From: an uncultured cyanobacterium
GTDB taxonomy: Bacteria; Cyanobacteriota; Cyanobacteriia; Cyanobacteriales; Nostocaceae
NCBI GenBank assembly: GCA_963740315.1
Contig: CAVUDP010000001.1
Coordinates: 256,001 to 320,000 of the forward strand
Direction: 5' to 3'
DNA: 64,000 nt
The notes below the pieces were generated by a model. It was not told the DNA's origin, did not search any database, and saw only the letters and a list, made by a program, of their open reading frames with translations. The position numbers were made by a program, and so were the translations under genes. This document shows, one piece after another, positions 1 to 10,896 of this stretch (positions within the stretch are counted from its first letter, which is position 1; every line of letters begins with the position of its first letter).

Positions 1-531
1 CAAAAACATATCGCCGAAAACAGCAATTTGTTCGGCTTCGTATTGCGGATTGGAAGTTAAATAAGGATGCTCCCAATCACCCCAAACGCCATATCTCTTA
101 AAACTTTCCCGCTGCTCGTTGACGGCTTCTAAAGCAAACTCCTTCGCCTTGTGTCGCAACTTCAAAGGCGTTAATTCCTGCCTTTCCGAAGACTTCATGG
201 CTTGCAACACCTTCAATTCAATCGGCAAACCGTGACAGTCCCAACCGGGGACATAATTAATTTTACGACCTTGTAATATCTTGTAGCGATTAATAATATC
301 TTTAAGAATTTTGTTTAAAGCGTGACCAATATGTAGCGAGCCATTTGCGTAAGGCGGTCCGTCATGCAGGATAAATAATTCGCCAGGGTTCTCTTGAGAA
401 AGGCGTTGGTAAACTTCATTTTCAGCCCAAAACTTTTGGATTTCGGGTTCGCGCTTGGTAGCGTTTGCCCGCATATCAAACTTAGTCTTGGGTAAATTTA
501 CTGTATTTTTGTAGCTTCCTGATTCAGTCAT
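1..531 (-). CDS. ileS: Isoleucine--tRNA ligase, 5' part (runs off window)
   Basis: Manual translation from ATG at 531: [23 protein letters not shown]...[24 protein letters not shown]...[11 protein letters not shown] (HIGH motif). Absent from the ORF track because it is truncated. Confidence 0.97.
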   Translation of the reverse strand, partial: MTESGSYKNTVNLPKTKFDMRANATKREPEIQKFWAENEVYQRLSQENPGELFILHDGPPYANGSLHIGHALNKILKDIINRYKILQGRKINYVPGWDCHGLPIELKVLQAMKSSERQELTPLKLRHKAKEFALEAVNEQRESFKRYGVWGDWEHPYLTSNPQYEAEQIAVFGDMFL

Positions 532-750
532 TCGATTTTGGATTTTGGATTTTGGATTATGTAGTTTGTCGCTTCTTGAAAAAGAGACTAAGGCAATTTT
601 AGATTTTAAATTGGGATTTATTCGCGGAAGGGGGTTTTAGATTTCAAAAACATCGACATTTTATTTATAATTCCCATTACGGTAATCTTACCGAAAGTAT
701 CTAACTTGAGAAAAAAAATTTCAAAAATAGGAATTTAACAGCAATTCAAC

Positions 751-2838
751 ATGATTAATATCAAATATATTTTCTTCTGGCAATTCGTTGAAGGAATTCT
801 ATCTGCATTTATTCTCTTCGCTGCAATCTGGACGATCTTCACAAATGTTTGCATCTTGAACGATAAAAGCTTCGCCTTTTTACTTGATTTATTTCCTTTA
901 ATTCTCACGCTTAGCGCTGTTTCAGTGTTTTTGTTATGGAAATTTAACAAAAATCGCAAGCAAGAAGCAAAGGCTGTTAATTTAACTCAAAGTAAAGAAT
1001 TTATTTTTGATCGCTTATCTCATACCCGAATTGCCTGGGCTTGGTTGATATGTGGGGCAATTATCATCGCAGTTTATGCCATCAGCCAACAATACATTTT
1101 ATTTTGGGGACTTGCGATCGCTTACCTTATAGTTGCCTACTTTCATCATGGTTTTATCGCCTTCCCAGTTACTTCTATTTCTGCAATTAATTCAAAACTA
1201 CATAATGCTGCTGTAGTTGGATTGTGCTTGATTGCAGCTGTAATCACCATGATTGCTCACCGCTCTGATGCTGATGATGCTTTTTTTCTGAGCATTCCTG
1301 TTGCTTTGCTCGATGCTCCTAATATTCCGATGTTGGGGCAAGATACAATGCACGGTTTTGCAGATATGCCATTAATACTACCTATCTATAAATTGCATAG
1401 TTTAGAGGTTTTTTGGGCTTTAGCAGCGAAATTAACGGGTTTATCTCCAATTTTCATTGCCCATGTAGTTTTTCCACCTGTTTTCGCCGTCCTGTTTGTC
1501 TTGGCACAAGCTTGTCTGCTACGTTTGCTAGTTCCTAAATACTGGCTGCGGGCACTTGTAACTGTTCTGATTTTACTTGTGCTTTTAGGGGACGTACACC
1601 GAAGCTACGGCAATTTTTCTTTGGTGAGATTATATCAGGGAAAGGCAATCTTGGTAACGCTGATGGTTCCTTTGATATTTAGATATGCATGGAATTTTGG
1701 TTCTAAGGGGAAAGTAACTGATTGGCTACTTTTATGCGCCAGCCAGATTGCTGCATTGGGTATAACTTCTTCGGCTTTATTTGTTGCGCCTTTTAGTGTC
1801 ATCCTGGCATTAGGAGGAACCTGGCAGGCAACATTCAAATCTACCAAGCGAATCATATTGGGTTTGTTTTCTTCTATCTATTTGATTGCGGTAGGGCTGT
1901 TATTGCGCCAAAGCATGATGTCTCAAGTCAGCCTGAATCCTACTTCTTCGGGACTCGTTTCTACTACTTCGGAGGTAAGCATTGCTGAGGGGGCGCTTCA
2001 TCAAGTTTTAGGAACTCAACCTATTTTTTATTTATTAATGTTGGCTTTTCTGTGTGCGTGGACAGTTTCAATTCCAAAGGTTCGGATCTATTTGTTAGTG
2101 ATTCCATTAGGCTTTTTTCTAGTATTAATAAATCCTTGGAGGGTTGGATTTATTACTAAGTATCTAACTTCAAGTGAAACTTATTGGCGAATATTTTGGG
2201 CGGTACCCATTCCCACTATGTTCGCAATTCTTTTTGTAGGAGTACTCCAACCAATAATCAAATTAATTATTCCCAAGTTGCAACGGCAAGGGTTTCTAAT
2301 TGCTTTATCGTTGACGATCGTGACACTTTTACCCATAAACACCTTACGTCAAGACAATGGAACGATCGTTAAATTTCCAACTATTAAAGTGCCATCAGTT
2401 GAGTATGCAATTGCTCGTGAAGCTAATAGGATAACTCCACCTCAGACAATCATCTTAGCAGCAGAAGCTATATCTACATGGATACCGTTGATATCCAATC
2501 ATGCACCTGTTGTTTCAGTCAGGAATATGTATATGAGCCTCTTACAAAATGACTTTGGACTTACTGAAGTTTCACGTAGAATTGATGCGGTTCGCTATAT
2601 ATCAGGAATTAGAATTTCTCACAGGATAAAAGCACGTTTTCTAAACTTAATTGACAAATGGTGTATTGGTACAGTTGTCACCGCTCCCAACCTCGAATGG
2701 CAACAAGAATTAGAAATAGTGCTAAAAAATCGTAACTTTAAACAACACACCGAAATTGGTGGTTATCAAATTTGGGTGCGGGATTCTCTGAAATGCCAAA
2801 AGGGTATAAGAGGGGAGATAATTTTTACTAATTCCTAA
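751..2838 (+). CDS. Polytopic membrane protein, DUF6077-like (possible GT-C-type glycosyltransferase)
   Basis: 695 aa, many TM segments, luminal DADDAFF motif and RLYQGKAIL. Confidence 0.6.
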   Translation: MINIKYIFFWQFVEGILSAFILFAAIWTIFTNVCILNDKSFAFLLDLFPLILTLSAVSVFLLWKFNKNRKQEAKAVNLTQSKEFIFDRLSHTRIAWAWLICGAIIIAVYAISQQYILFWGLAIAYLIVAYFHHGFIAFPVTSISAINSKLHNAAVVGLCLIAAVITMIAHRSDADDAFFLSIPVALLDAPNIPMLGQDTMHGFADMPLILPIYKLHSLEVFWALAAKLTGLSPIFIAHVVFPPVFAVLFVLAQACLLRLLVPKYWLRALVTVLILLVLLGDVHRSYGNFSLVRLYQGKAILVTLMVPLIFRYAWNFGSKGKVTDWLLLCASQIAALGITSSALFVAPFSVILALGGTWQATFKSTKRIILGLFSSIYLIAVGLLLRQSMMSQVSLNPTSSGLVSTTSEVSIAEGALHQVLGTQPIFYLLMLAFLCAWTVSIPKVRIYLLVIPLGFFLVLINPWRVGFITKYLTSSETYWRIFWAVPIPTMFAILFVGVLQPIIKLIIPKLQRQGFLIALSLTIVTLLPINTLRQDNGTIVKFPTIKVPSVEYAIAREANRITPPQTIILAAEAISTWIPLISNHAPVVSVRNMYMSLLQNDFGLTEVSRRIDAVRYISGIRISHRIKARFLNLIDKWCIGTVVTAPNLEWQQELEIVLKNRNFKQHTEIGGYQIWVRDSLKCQKGIRGEIIFTNS

Positions 2839-2902
2839 CTCCTACTTTTATCCCGCTCAAAGATTACAGGATATATTAATTTAATGTTTTGCAGTTAAAT
2901 TT

Positions 2903-3271
2903 TTAACACATTCCATTAATTCTCATATAGCTTAGTAGCCAATTTGCAGCCGTTGCCCTACGTGTTTGCCGAGGACCAAATTCGCCGATTTTGTAACCAG
3001 TGAAACCCAAAAATTCTTTAGCGATTTGTTTATTTTCCTTGGGAATAGAACGAGTTAACTTAACCGTTGGCGGACGATTGGCGATAAAATCTGGAGGTTC
3101 AGGATATTCTACACGCCATTCTTCGGATACATCGCTTGCATCCCATTTACCCGTAGTATCGTCGTAGCGATAACCCAGATAATGCCATACTAAATTGAGA
3201 ACAGTAGTATCATCAATTTCTTCTTTAAGAATTGCCCAAATTGTATCGGTAGTGAGTGGAGGTAATTCCAT
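2903..3271 (-). CDS. DUF1823 family conserved cyanobacterial protein
   Basis: LVWHYLGYRYD...YPEPPDFI...RPPTVKLTRSIPKENKQ...RRATAANWLL. Confidence 0.85.
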   Translation of the reverse strand: MELPPLTTDTIWAILKEEIDDTTVLNLVWHYLGYRYDDTTGKWDASDVSEEWRVEYPEPPDFIANRPPTVKLTRSIPKENKQIAKEFLGFTGYKIGEFGPRQTRRATAANWLLSYMRINGMC

Positions 3272-3405
3272 TTTAGATTGTGGATTTTGGATTTTAGATT
3301 AGATATTGTAAGTTTATAATTCTTGAGTTGAAAAATTCCTATTTTAAATTGCTTGTGTATTGAATAAAGTAGAAAACCTCACCCCTTCCCCTCTCCTTAA
3401 CAAGG

Positions 3406-3629
3406 CTAGCGTGTACACACAGGTCTTAAAATCCTACCTGGAACTAGGTTTTGAACTATGAGCTAAATCTCTCAAAGTCCTGTCATTGCGAGCGGAGCGA
3501 AGCAATCGCAAAGTGCTGTGATGAACCGCACTCTCCGGGTGATTGCTTCGTCGTTCCTCCTCGCAATGACGGTTTAACGCGGATAAAATTACTGAAACCT
3601 ATAGGTGAGTACTTCTGTGTACACCGTAG
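3406..3629. mobile_element. MITE (IS4-like ends) carrying an internal palindromic repeat, inserted in a CCCCTCTCC/GGAGAGGGG stem-loop repeat
   Basis: Imperfect TIRs CTAGCGTGTACACACAG / CTGTGTACACCGTAG; flanking 11-bp near-duplication CCTTAACAAGG (3395-3405) / CCTTGGCAAGG (3630-3640); internal GTCATTGCGAG...CTCGCAATGAC palindrome at 3482-3570. Confidence 0.7.
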
Positions 3630-3713
3630 CCTTGGCAAGGAGAGGGGAGCAATAGGTTGGGGTGAAGTTAACCTATTAATTACCATTTAATAGAGCAAAA
3701 CAAATAAAAAATC

Positions 3714-4007
3714 ATGTCAAATCCTAATTTACCAAAACAAACCCGCGCTCACGCATTTATATCCGGTAAAGTTCAAGGTGTTGGTTATCGTTACTCCACA
3801 ATGAATGCAGCCAAAAAGTTAGGTTTAAACGGATGGGTGCGAAATCTTCCCGATAATCGTGTAGAAGCTGTATTTGAAGGTGCGACAGAAGTAGTAGAAG
3901 AGATGATTCGCTGGTGCGATCGCGGACCAACTGCTGCTATTGTCAAAGATGTGCAAGTCGAATATTCCCAAGCGGAAGGAGTGCAGGGGTTTGAGATCGT
4001 CAGTTAG
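3714..4007 (+). CDS. acyP: Acylphosphatase
   Basis: SGKVQGVGYR, GWVRNLPDNRVEAVFEG motifs. Confidence 0.95.
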   Translation: MSNPNLPKQTRAHAFISGKVQGVGYRYSTMNAAKKLGLNGWVRNLPDNRVEAVFEGATEVVEEMIRWCDRGPTAAIVKDVQVEYSQAEGVQGFEIVS

Positions 4008-4137
4008 GAAAGTTAGGAGTTAGGAGTTAGGAGTTAGGAGTTAGTAGTTAGGAGTTAGGAGTTAAGAGTTAGGAGTTATTTTCTCCCCATCCCCCCATCC
4101 CCCCATCTCCCCATCTCCCCCATCTCCCCCTCTCCTT
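4003..4137. repeat. STRR heptamer tracts (GTTAGGA)n and (CCCCATC/T)n
   Basis: Tandem 7-8-mers between convergent acyP and pxcA. Confidence 0.9.
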
Positions 4138-4138
4138 C

Positions 4139-5377
4139 TCACGATTCATTCATCTCCTTAAGCGTAGCCAATGCGGATGGCGAAATGCGACTTAAATAAC
4201 GAAATATCCAGTATTTACAGATAGTATCTAAGATCACGGGGACTGTGGCGATAAATATAAATATTATGTATCTAGCGGGTGGAATACCTAAATGTTCGGC
4301 AAATCCTGCGAGAAGCACTTCCCAACCTTCGGGTGAATGGAAACCGACGAACATATCTGTTAATAAAATAATTAGAAACGCTTTGGCACTATCGCTGAGT
4401 CCGTATGCTATATCATCAAGAAATGATTGAAGTATTGCTATTTCTCTTTTGCTGTTAACAACTATAAATGCAAATACAAATAACGATATAAAATCGGCAA
4501 ATACGTTACCGATCGCGCTGTTGTTTCGGTGATGAAATTTTTCTGCTATTTCTATTGCTCTTTGTTTCTGCTTTTGCTGTATTTCTTCTGATGATAGCGA
4601 TGGAGCTTGAAGAATAAATTGCTGCAATCTCAATTCTTCTTGATAAAGCTTAAATTCATGTAATACTTCTTCTTCAATATGACTATTTATAAAAGTATCG
4701 ACAACAGCATCGTTTCTAATGTTGTCTACTATTGGATAGATTAATAGTTGTGTTAATAGCAAGTAACTTAGAAAAGGTACTATTATTAAAGTCGCTAAAA
4801 ATTTTAAGGCAATTCTTGTTCTTTTGCTGGAAATCCGAAAATCTCTAACTGCTTTTTGTTCTGCTCCTGGAGATAATTCTTGAAAAACTTTTTGCAAACT
4901 TCTAGTAATAGAGCCGGGAAATAAACCTGTTTTTTCGGAGACAGGTTTAACTTTCATTTGATCTACATCGGCGCGATCGGATGTGCTATTTACTTGCTGA
5001 TTTCTACGCGAGGGAAACTGTTTCTCAACTGCATATCTTGCTGTCACCTCATCGATAAATTTTAATCTATCTAAAAATGTTTTATCGGATATATTTAATA
5101 CAGAACGAGTTTGCTGAAATTCTGCTAACCTCAAGTTGATTATCTTCAGGTTTTTTTCTAGCAATGATTCCCAATAAGATAGTACTTTTAGAGTATATTC
5201 GGTAGATTCGTCCGATATTTTTCTACCATTAAAATGTTTGTCTTCAATATCTCGAATTCTCAAAGCTGCTTCATAAGCTAATAAAAGCGCTCTTTGGGGC
5301 GTATCTAAAAACCATTTGTTTCCAAAGCCCCAATTCTCTTGAATTTTCCGGAAAAGTGATTTTCTAGGTTTACTCAT
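4139..5377 (-). CDS. pxcA: Proton extrusion protein PxcA (CemA family)
   Basis: YGLSDSAKAFLIILLTDMFVGFHSPEGWE, FIATVPVILDTICKYWIFRYLSRISPS. Confidence 0.93.
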   Translation of the reverse strand: MSKPRKSLFRKIQENWGFGNKWFLDTPQRALLLAYEAALRIRDIEDKHFNGRKISDESTEYTLKVLSYWESLLEKNLKIINLRLAEFQQTRSVLNISDKTFLDRLKFIDEVTARYAVEKQFPSRRNQQVNSTSDRADVDQMKVKPVSEKTGLFPGSITRSLQKVFQELSPGAEQKAVRDFRISSKRTRIALKFLATLIIVPFLSYLLLTQLLIYPIVDNIRNDAVVDTFINSHIEEEVLHEFKLYQEELRLQQFILQAPSLSSEEIQQKQKQRAIEIAEKFHHRNNSAIGNVFADFISLFVFAFIVVNSKREIAILQSFLDDIAYGLSDSAKAFLIILLTDMFVGFHSPEGWEVLLAGFAEHLGIPPARYIIFIFIATVPVILDTICKYWIFRYLSRISPSALATLKEMNES

Positions 5378-5507
5378 ACAACGATTTAATCTTTTTATTG
5401 ACGCGGGATAAATGTCAACAAGGCTCGATAAACTTTATTCTCCAATAAATTATGATTTTTTTCAGCAGCTATATAATCTTGACTTTATAATATTTAATTA
5501 TTGTAGT

Positions 5508-5719
5508 GTGTATCCCAAGCGCGATCGCAAATTACAGCAAAGCGATTCGTCTCAAACCTAACGGGAGCATCTATTTATGCTAATCGTCTGAAGGGTTATT
5601 CGCAAGTAGGAGAATATCAAAAGGCTTTAGCTGATGCGAATAAAGCCATATCTCTACAGACTAAGGAAGAAAAACAAAAGCTAAATGTGATTCGCGCAAT
5701 AGTTTATTCTAAGCTTTAA
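5508..5719 (+). pseudogene. TPR-protein fragment
   Basis: Frame-broken YPSAIANYSKAIRLKPN...GYSQVGEYQKALADANKAISL, TPR-consensus-like; no start. Confidence 0.55.
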
Positions 5720-5845
5720 TAAAGTACGTTTTCAATGTACTAAAAGCCTGACTCAGTCTGATTTCTCATACTTTGTTGTGGATGTCTGGGAATTGATTCC
5801 AAGGCGGAAACGATCGGTTAATTGCCATTGGTGCAAGATGTGAAT

Positions 5846-6973
5846 TTACAAATTAAAAACTTTTAAAATGTCCTTATAATTAAAGTACAAGTTTTCTTCA
5901 ACTCGTTTTTGTTCCTCAGCAGAGATATTGTTTATTTTCTTTGACTCATAAACTTCAATTTTTGAACTCACCTTACCACTGCTGTCAAAAATATAAAGAT
6001 CCCCGCTAGCTAAGTATCGAGCTGCAACAACCCTACCATCAGGAGAAAACCAATAGGCTAAGCCAGCATCTGCTTCAGTTGCATATTCGCTAGCACTTAC
6101 AACCCTATCGCCTTTTTTACAAATTTCATAATCGGTATATTTTTCGGTTTTCTTAGTTTTTGTACAACCTTTGGTTATAGCATCTAAGGATTTTGATACG
6201 GTTTGGAAGGAAGTTTCATCAATGATTCCGCTTTGAGAGGAAGATGCTTTTGCACTGGAGTTGTTATTAAAAGCTGCAAATATTCGATCGTAGCCATTGT
6301 ACAAATATTTAGCATCCTCACGGTCTTGATTGCTAATATTTCTAACTTTTCTAGGGTAAATAAATTTTGACTTAAGCTTACCGTTATTATCATACAGGAA
6401 AAGTTCTTCACTATGAGGTCTTTGAACTGCTACAACTTTACTGTTATTGAACCAAAAGCTTAAACCAGCACCAGCTTCAGAGTGATATTCGCTAGCACTT
6501 ACAATTTCACCTGCTTTTTTACAAATTGAGTAATTGAGAACTCCCTCATTTTTCTCGGTTTTTGTACAACCTTTGGTAATAGATTCTAAAGAATTTAATA
6601 CGGTTTGATAAGAAGTTTCATCAATAACCGACTTAGCTTTTTCATCTTGTTCGATACATTCATCAGGTATGCGATCGCCATTGTAATCTATACGCGCACC
6701 ATTAGCTTTCCCATCACCATTACAGTCAAATCTCGATCCAATTTGATTGCCAGTTTGAGTTTTTTTATCCTTTTTTTTCGCTACGATATTGGAGTCAGGG
6801 TTACTTGGCACACTTGGCTTATCGATAGTTTCTCCGCTGAGGGGATCGGAATCTTGTTGTTGAGATTGAATTGATTCGATTAGATTGTCGTTGTTATTAG
6901 CAGCAGGAGTTTGATTACACCCCAATAGTGCAAACGCTACCAAACCTAAAGTCAAAACTTTTGCGTATTTCAT
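5846..6973 (-). CDS. Lipoprotein with two internal repeated domains
   Basis: Lipobox LLGC; DxNGDG motifs; duplicated IDETS.QTV...ITKGCTKT.K...Y.ICKK...VSASEY..EA.AGL domain. Confidence 0.8.
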   Translation of the reverse strand: MKYAKVLTLGLVAFALLGCNQTPAANNNDNLIESIQSQQQDSDPLSGETIDKPSVPSNPDSNIVAKKKDKKTQTGNQIGSRFDCNGDGKANGARIDYNGDRIPDECIEQDEKAKSVIDETSYQTVLNSLESITKGCTKTEKNEGVLNYSICKKAGEIVSASEYHSEAGAGLSFWFNNSKVVAVQRPHSEELFLYDNNGKLKSKFIYPRKVRNISNQDREDAKYLYNGYDRIFAAFNNNSSAKASSSQSGIIDETSFQTVSKSLDAITKGCTKTKKTEKYTDYEICKKGDRVVSASEYATEADAGLAYWFSPDGRVVAARYLASGDLYIFDSSGKVSSKIEVYESKKINNISAEEQKRVEENLYFNYKDILKVFNL

Positions 6974-7035
6974 GCTATTAATAATTCTAATAATTTACAA
7001 ATTTATTTACCGTTATCGTTTATTTATGCGAGTAA

Positions 7036-7899
7036 TTAGTTAACACCAAAAACTTGAAATATTTCGCTATAACCATTAATCAAACTGTCAGCTTCTTGAA
7101 GTTGCTTGTTGCTGAAATTTTTTATTTTTTTGGACTGATTACCTTCATCACCAAAAGTAACAAATATTGAACTGAGATAACCATCTGGATAATAAACAAA
7201 AAGACCGTTATTATAGTTGCTATCAACTCTTTGAATTGCAACTGGTTTGTTATTATGAAACCAATACCAAGCCGAACTCACAGATCCATTTTCAGATTTA
7301 ATAGCTCTTACAATTTGACCATCTTTTTTGCAAATATAATAACTGTAATATTCCAGTTTTTTTGAAGTCGTTTGGCAGCCTTTATCAAAATAATTCAACA
7401 TATTAGTAACGGTTTCAAGAGATGTCTCGTCAACTACAGGATCTATTTTGAGATTGGCAGTTACGCATTCATCTGGCATCCCATCACCATCGTAATCAAC
7501 GCGAACATCATTTTCTAATCCGTCACCATCGCAGGTTGCCGAGCCGATAATTCGTCCATTACCTATTTTTTTGCGTACTTCTTCTAAAGTTCCGTATTGG
7601 CTAGAAGAATTCTGTGTTGGAGTTGGAGCTTCTATTTTTTCTACTTTTTTAGAGTCAGAATTCTTTCGTTGAGATGGAGTTGGTGCTTCTATTCTTTCTA
7701 CTTTTTTAGGTGAAGATTTTTTTGTTTGAGATACTTGTGAATCTCAATCGTTTGCAGCGATTTGAGGAGCAGAATTTTCTTCTTGGGGTGTATTTGCTTC
7801 TACTATTGTATTATCTATCTCGCTCGTTACAGGAGGTTTATTACATCCGACTAATGTAAATAATACTAAGCTTAAAGACAATAATTTCGCGTACTTCAT
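7036..7899 (-). pseudogene. Lipoprotein paralogue of 5846..6973 interrupted by an in-frame TGA
   Basis: ATG at 7899 gives MKYAKLLSLSLVLFTLVGC (lipobox); in-frame TGA at 7744-7746; same frame continues into the 7036..7479 ORF. Confidence 0.8.
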
Positions 7900-8163
7900 C
7901 CTATTAACAATTTCAATAACTTCTAAAATTATCTACTCATGCTAACCAAGCAATTCTCAAGAGATTACCGAAACAATACTGAAACTTTATATTTTGCGGT
8001 AATTACTGAAGAAAATCTTATAGCTGGAATTTCTAAATGTAGTTATAAAACCTAACCCCCCTACCGCCCTTCCCGGAGCAGGGAATGGGGATTTTAAGCT
8101 TCTTTCCTTGTAGGAGAGAGGTAACAATTAAAGTTCTTAACTTTCCCGCGCATCCTCTAAGAA

Positions 8164-9303
8164 TTATTCTTGATTATATTTCTTTTTTAATTCTTCCAAC
8201 TCATCATCTATTTTGCTATTCTTCGCTGATTGCGTATGAGAAGATGAATTAGAGTTTGAATTTGGAGATTTTTTACCTTTCGTGAACATAGTTTTCACCT
8301 GCTCCAATTCATCATCTATTTGACTCGGAGACGATGAAACAATAGTCGGTGGAACTGGTTTTGATGGCGTTGGAACTGGTTTTACAGCATTTCCAGTTTG
8401 GGCAATTAAAGTAGGTAAAGAATTCACATCTTTCAACACCTCATCCACAGTTTGATAGCGACGTGCGGGGGTTGTCGCCAACATTTTATCCAAAATTCGG
8501 CTCAAATCGCGATCGATACTAGCTTGCAGATAATCTCGCCACAGCCAAACATCATTATTAATATCGTACAAATCAAATGGCGATCGCGCTGTTAATAAAT
8601 GAATGCAGGTAACTCCCAAGCTGTAAATATCGCTGGCAAAAAGCGCCCTACCTCTCATCTGCTCTGGTGCAACATATTCGGGGCTACCAATACTCGTACC
8701 CGTTTGATGCATTGAAGTTTGAGTCACAACTTTGGAAGCACCAAAATCCACCAATACAATTTGTCCCCTGGTTTTGGGAGGATTTTGACGACGAATAATA
8801 TTTTCGGGTTTGATATCGCGGTGAATAACTTGTTTTTGATGGCAAAATTGCAAGATTCTCAACAATTCATGTAGCAACTGCTGAATTTGAGTTTCGCTGT
8901 AAACCCCGTTTTGCTGCAATTCCTGCGCTAAATTCAACCCATCGATAAATTCTTGGATCAAATACTGGCGATCGTTTTGAGTAAAATACGCTAAAAGTTC
9001 GGGTATTTGTCGATGCTTGCCCAATTCTTCCAAACGCATCGCTTCATGATTAAATAATTCTATCGCCTTAGCTAAAGTTCCAGTACCCTGAGCCTGGGGA
9101 TAAAACTGCTTAATTACACAAAGAGGTAGAGACGGTTTATCTTCATCTCTAGCCAAAAAAGTCCTGCTAAAACCACCTTGCCCTATAGGTTTCATCGCAC
9201 GATAACGTTCCTTGAGCAGTAACTTGTAACCACAACTCAAGCAAAACTTTTCACTATTCGTATTTTGCGGATTTGGACAATTTGGATTAAGGCAGTAACT
9301 CAT
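8164..9303 (-). CDS. Ser/Thr protein kinase with N-terminal 4-Cys prefix
   Basis: MSYCLNPNC...FCLSCG; IGQGGFSRT, HRDIKPEN, DFG, APE. Confidence 0.95.
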   Translation of the reverse strand: MSYCLNPNCPNPQNTNSEKFCLSCGYKLLLKERYRAMKPIGQGGFSRTFLARDEDKPSLPLCVIKQFYPQAQGTGTLAKAIELFNHEAMRLEELGKHRQIPELLAYFTQNDRQYLIQEFIDGLNLAQELQQNGVYSETQIQQLLHELLRILQFCHQKQVIHRDIKPENIIRRQNPPKTRGQIVLVDFGASKVVTQTSMHQTGTSIGSPEYVAPEQMRGRALFASDIYSLGVTCIHLLTARSPFDLYDINNDVWLWRDYLQASIDRDLSRILDKMLATTPARRYQTVDEVLKDVNSLPTLIAQTGNAVKPVPTPSKPVPPTIVSSSPSQIDDELEQVKTMFTKGKKSPNSNSNSSSHTQSAKNSKIDDELEELKKKYNQE

Positions 9304-9512
9304 TTTACACGGGCATTGAATGCTCTTATATATCTCTATTGTGCCCTGTTTCAGATATATTGTGTTTTGTTAATATTTGTCAAGGATATAGCAATTTTTA
9401 CAACGGATGCATTTGTTTTGGATTGTCTTGGACAGTTTGTGAATAAATAAATCAATAAAATAAAGCTCACTTGTCCAATACTCTATATTTATCATCCTTT
9501 GAGCAAGATAAT

Positions 9513-9740
9513 ATGATTTTATTATCTTTAATTTTAGGGCTAATATTAGGCTATTTATTTAGCGGTAAAAAAGGTAGCTTAATTAGCTTTAATTTTTATA
9601 TAAACGTAAATTTCAGCGACAACTTGAACGGCAACGGTAATAACAACGGTAATAACAACGGTAATGATAATTTAAAGAATAACGAAGATAACGGGAATTG
9701 CAATCGAGTCAGAGGTGGAGAGTTGGAAGTTAGGAGTTAG
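9513..9740 (+). CDS. Small putative membrane protein with Asn/Gly-rich tail
   Basis: One hydrophobic helix then NGNNNGNNNGND from tandem AACGGTAAT(AAC) units; may be spurious. Confidence 0.35.
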   Translation: MILLSLILGLILGYLFSGKKGSLISFNFYINVNFSDNLNGNGNNNGNNNGNDNLKNNEDNGNCNRVRGGELEVRS

Positions 9741-9923
9741 TAGCGATAAATCCGTCTAAGCTGGTTGCAATATATATATAGTTTGTCATTGATTCCCCCT
9801 TCTCAGTTTTCTCAGATAACTCTTATTGTTTCCTCAGTTTGCAATCATTAGTTCCTCAGCATCATCCTTCATATTAGTAATTAAGGACAGAGAAACAACG
9901 ATTTAAACAAGAGGTAACGACAA

Positions 9924-10397
9924 ATGAAATTCAACAAATTAGCTGGTTTCGGAATCGCATCTATCGTATTATTCGGCAGCGTTGGTGAATTAGCAATTAA
10001 CGTACAGCCAGCCCAAGCTCAAAGTGCAGCACAAGGTATCCGAGTTGCAGCAAAATCCAACTCACTAATTGCATCCGGTAACTTTGTAAAAGCAGAGAAA
10101 GCAACTAGCGGTAAAGCTAATATTGTCAGCATCAACGGTAAGCGTTACCTAGAGTTTGATAAAGCATTTAGTACTGGTAATGGTCCCGATGTCAAAATTA
10201 TTTTACATAAAAATAGCAGCATTCCCCTCAACGTCAAAGAAGGAAACTACATTACACTGGCTCGAATTAAAAGCTTTAAAGGAAAACAGCGCTACGCAAT
10301 TCCTAACAACGTAAACCTTGCTAATTATAAATCTGTAGGAATTTGGTGCGAAGAATTCAATGCTACTTTTGGTTACGCTAGTTTGCAGAGTGCTTAA
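9924..10397 (+). CDS. DM13 domain secreted protein
   Basis: Signal peptide; FSTGNGPDVKIIL, GKQRYAIP, YKSVGIWCEEFNATFGYASL. Confidence 0.9.
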   Translation: MKFNKLAGFGIASIVLFGSVGELAINVQPAQAQSAAQGIRVAAKSNSLIASGNFVKAEKATSGKANIVSINGKRYLEFDKAFSTGNGPDVKIILHKNSSIPLNVKEGNYITLARIKSFKGKQRYAIPNNVNLANYKSVGIWCEEFNATFGYASLQSA

Positions 10398-10476
10398 GTT
10401 TGAAAGTTAGTTTTATATGTACTTTTATATGTAAGCTTTATTTTTTTTATTGCTTTAACACTTCACACACTATTTT

Positions 10477-10518
10477 ATCGGCAGACTCGAATTTTACGGG
10501 TGCTGCTGATTTTTTTTT
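10477..10518 (+). terminator. Rho-independent terminator after the DM13 gene
   Basis: ATCGGCAG-ACTCG...CGGGT-G-CTGCTGAT stem followed by a T-run. Confidence 0.55.
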
Positions 10519-10896
10519 ATTGTAAAAATTGAATTTAAACAGGCTTTTCTATCTCAGTTTTCTGGATAGTTCTGAAGGGTAAAAAGGTTTGTAGTAAGGG
10601 CAATATCCCTCATATCAATGGGCTTGAGGACGCGCATTCCCAACTACAAACCTATCATAATTAATGCAATAGACTACTAGATTCGGTTGCTCTAATCAAA
10701 TTTCTAGTTAAAACTATTATTAAAAAAGCGCTTAACCTAAGAGATTGTTTGAAAAGTGGTTAACTGTGATTTTAGCCACTTATCGATCCCCCCTAACCCC
10801 CCGTATTATTGGGGGGGAATAGGAATCTAGAACGTTTTGGTACCGACAAGAAGACTGGCAAAACATCCTCTAACCGATCGGATCCATTGTTTTCAA

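Noticed and set aside
3451..3690. ORFs 3451..3690 (+) and 3483..3686 (-)
   Set aside because: They are translations of the nested MITE and palindrome.
7744..7746. Selenocysteine or programmed readthrough at the in-frame TGA
   Set aside because: It falls in a low-complexity linker with no catalytic context and no evident SECIS-like hairpin; a simple nonsense mutation is more likely.
10738..10872. Possible degenerate MITE (GAGATTGTTTGAAAAG...AAACATCCTCTA)
   Set aside because: Ends too degenerate to define TIRs or a target duplication with confidence.
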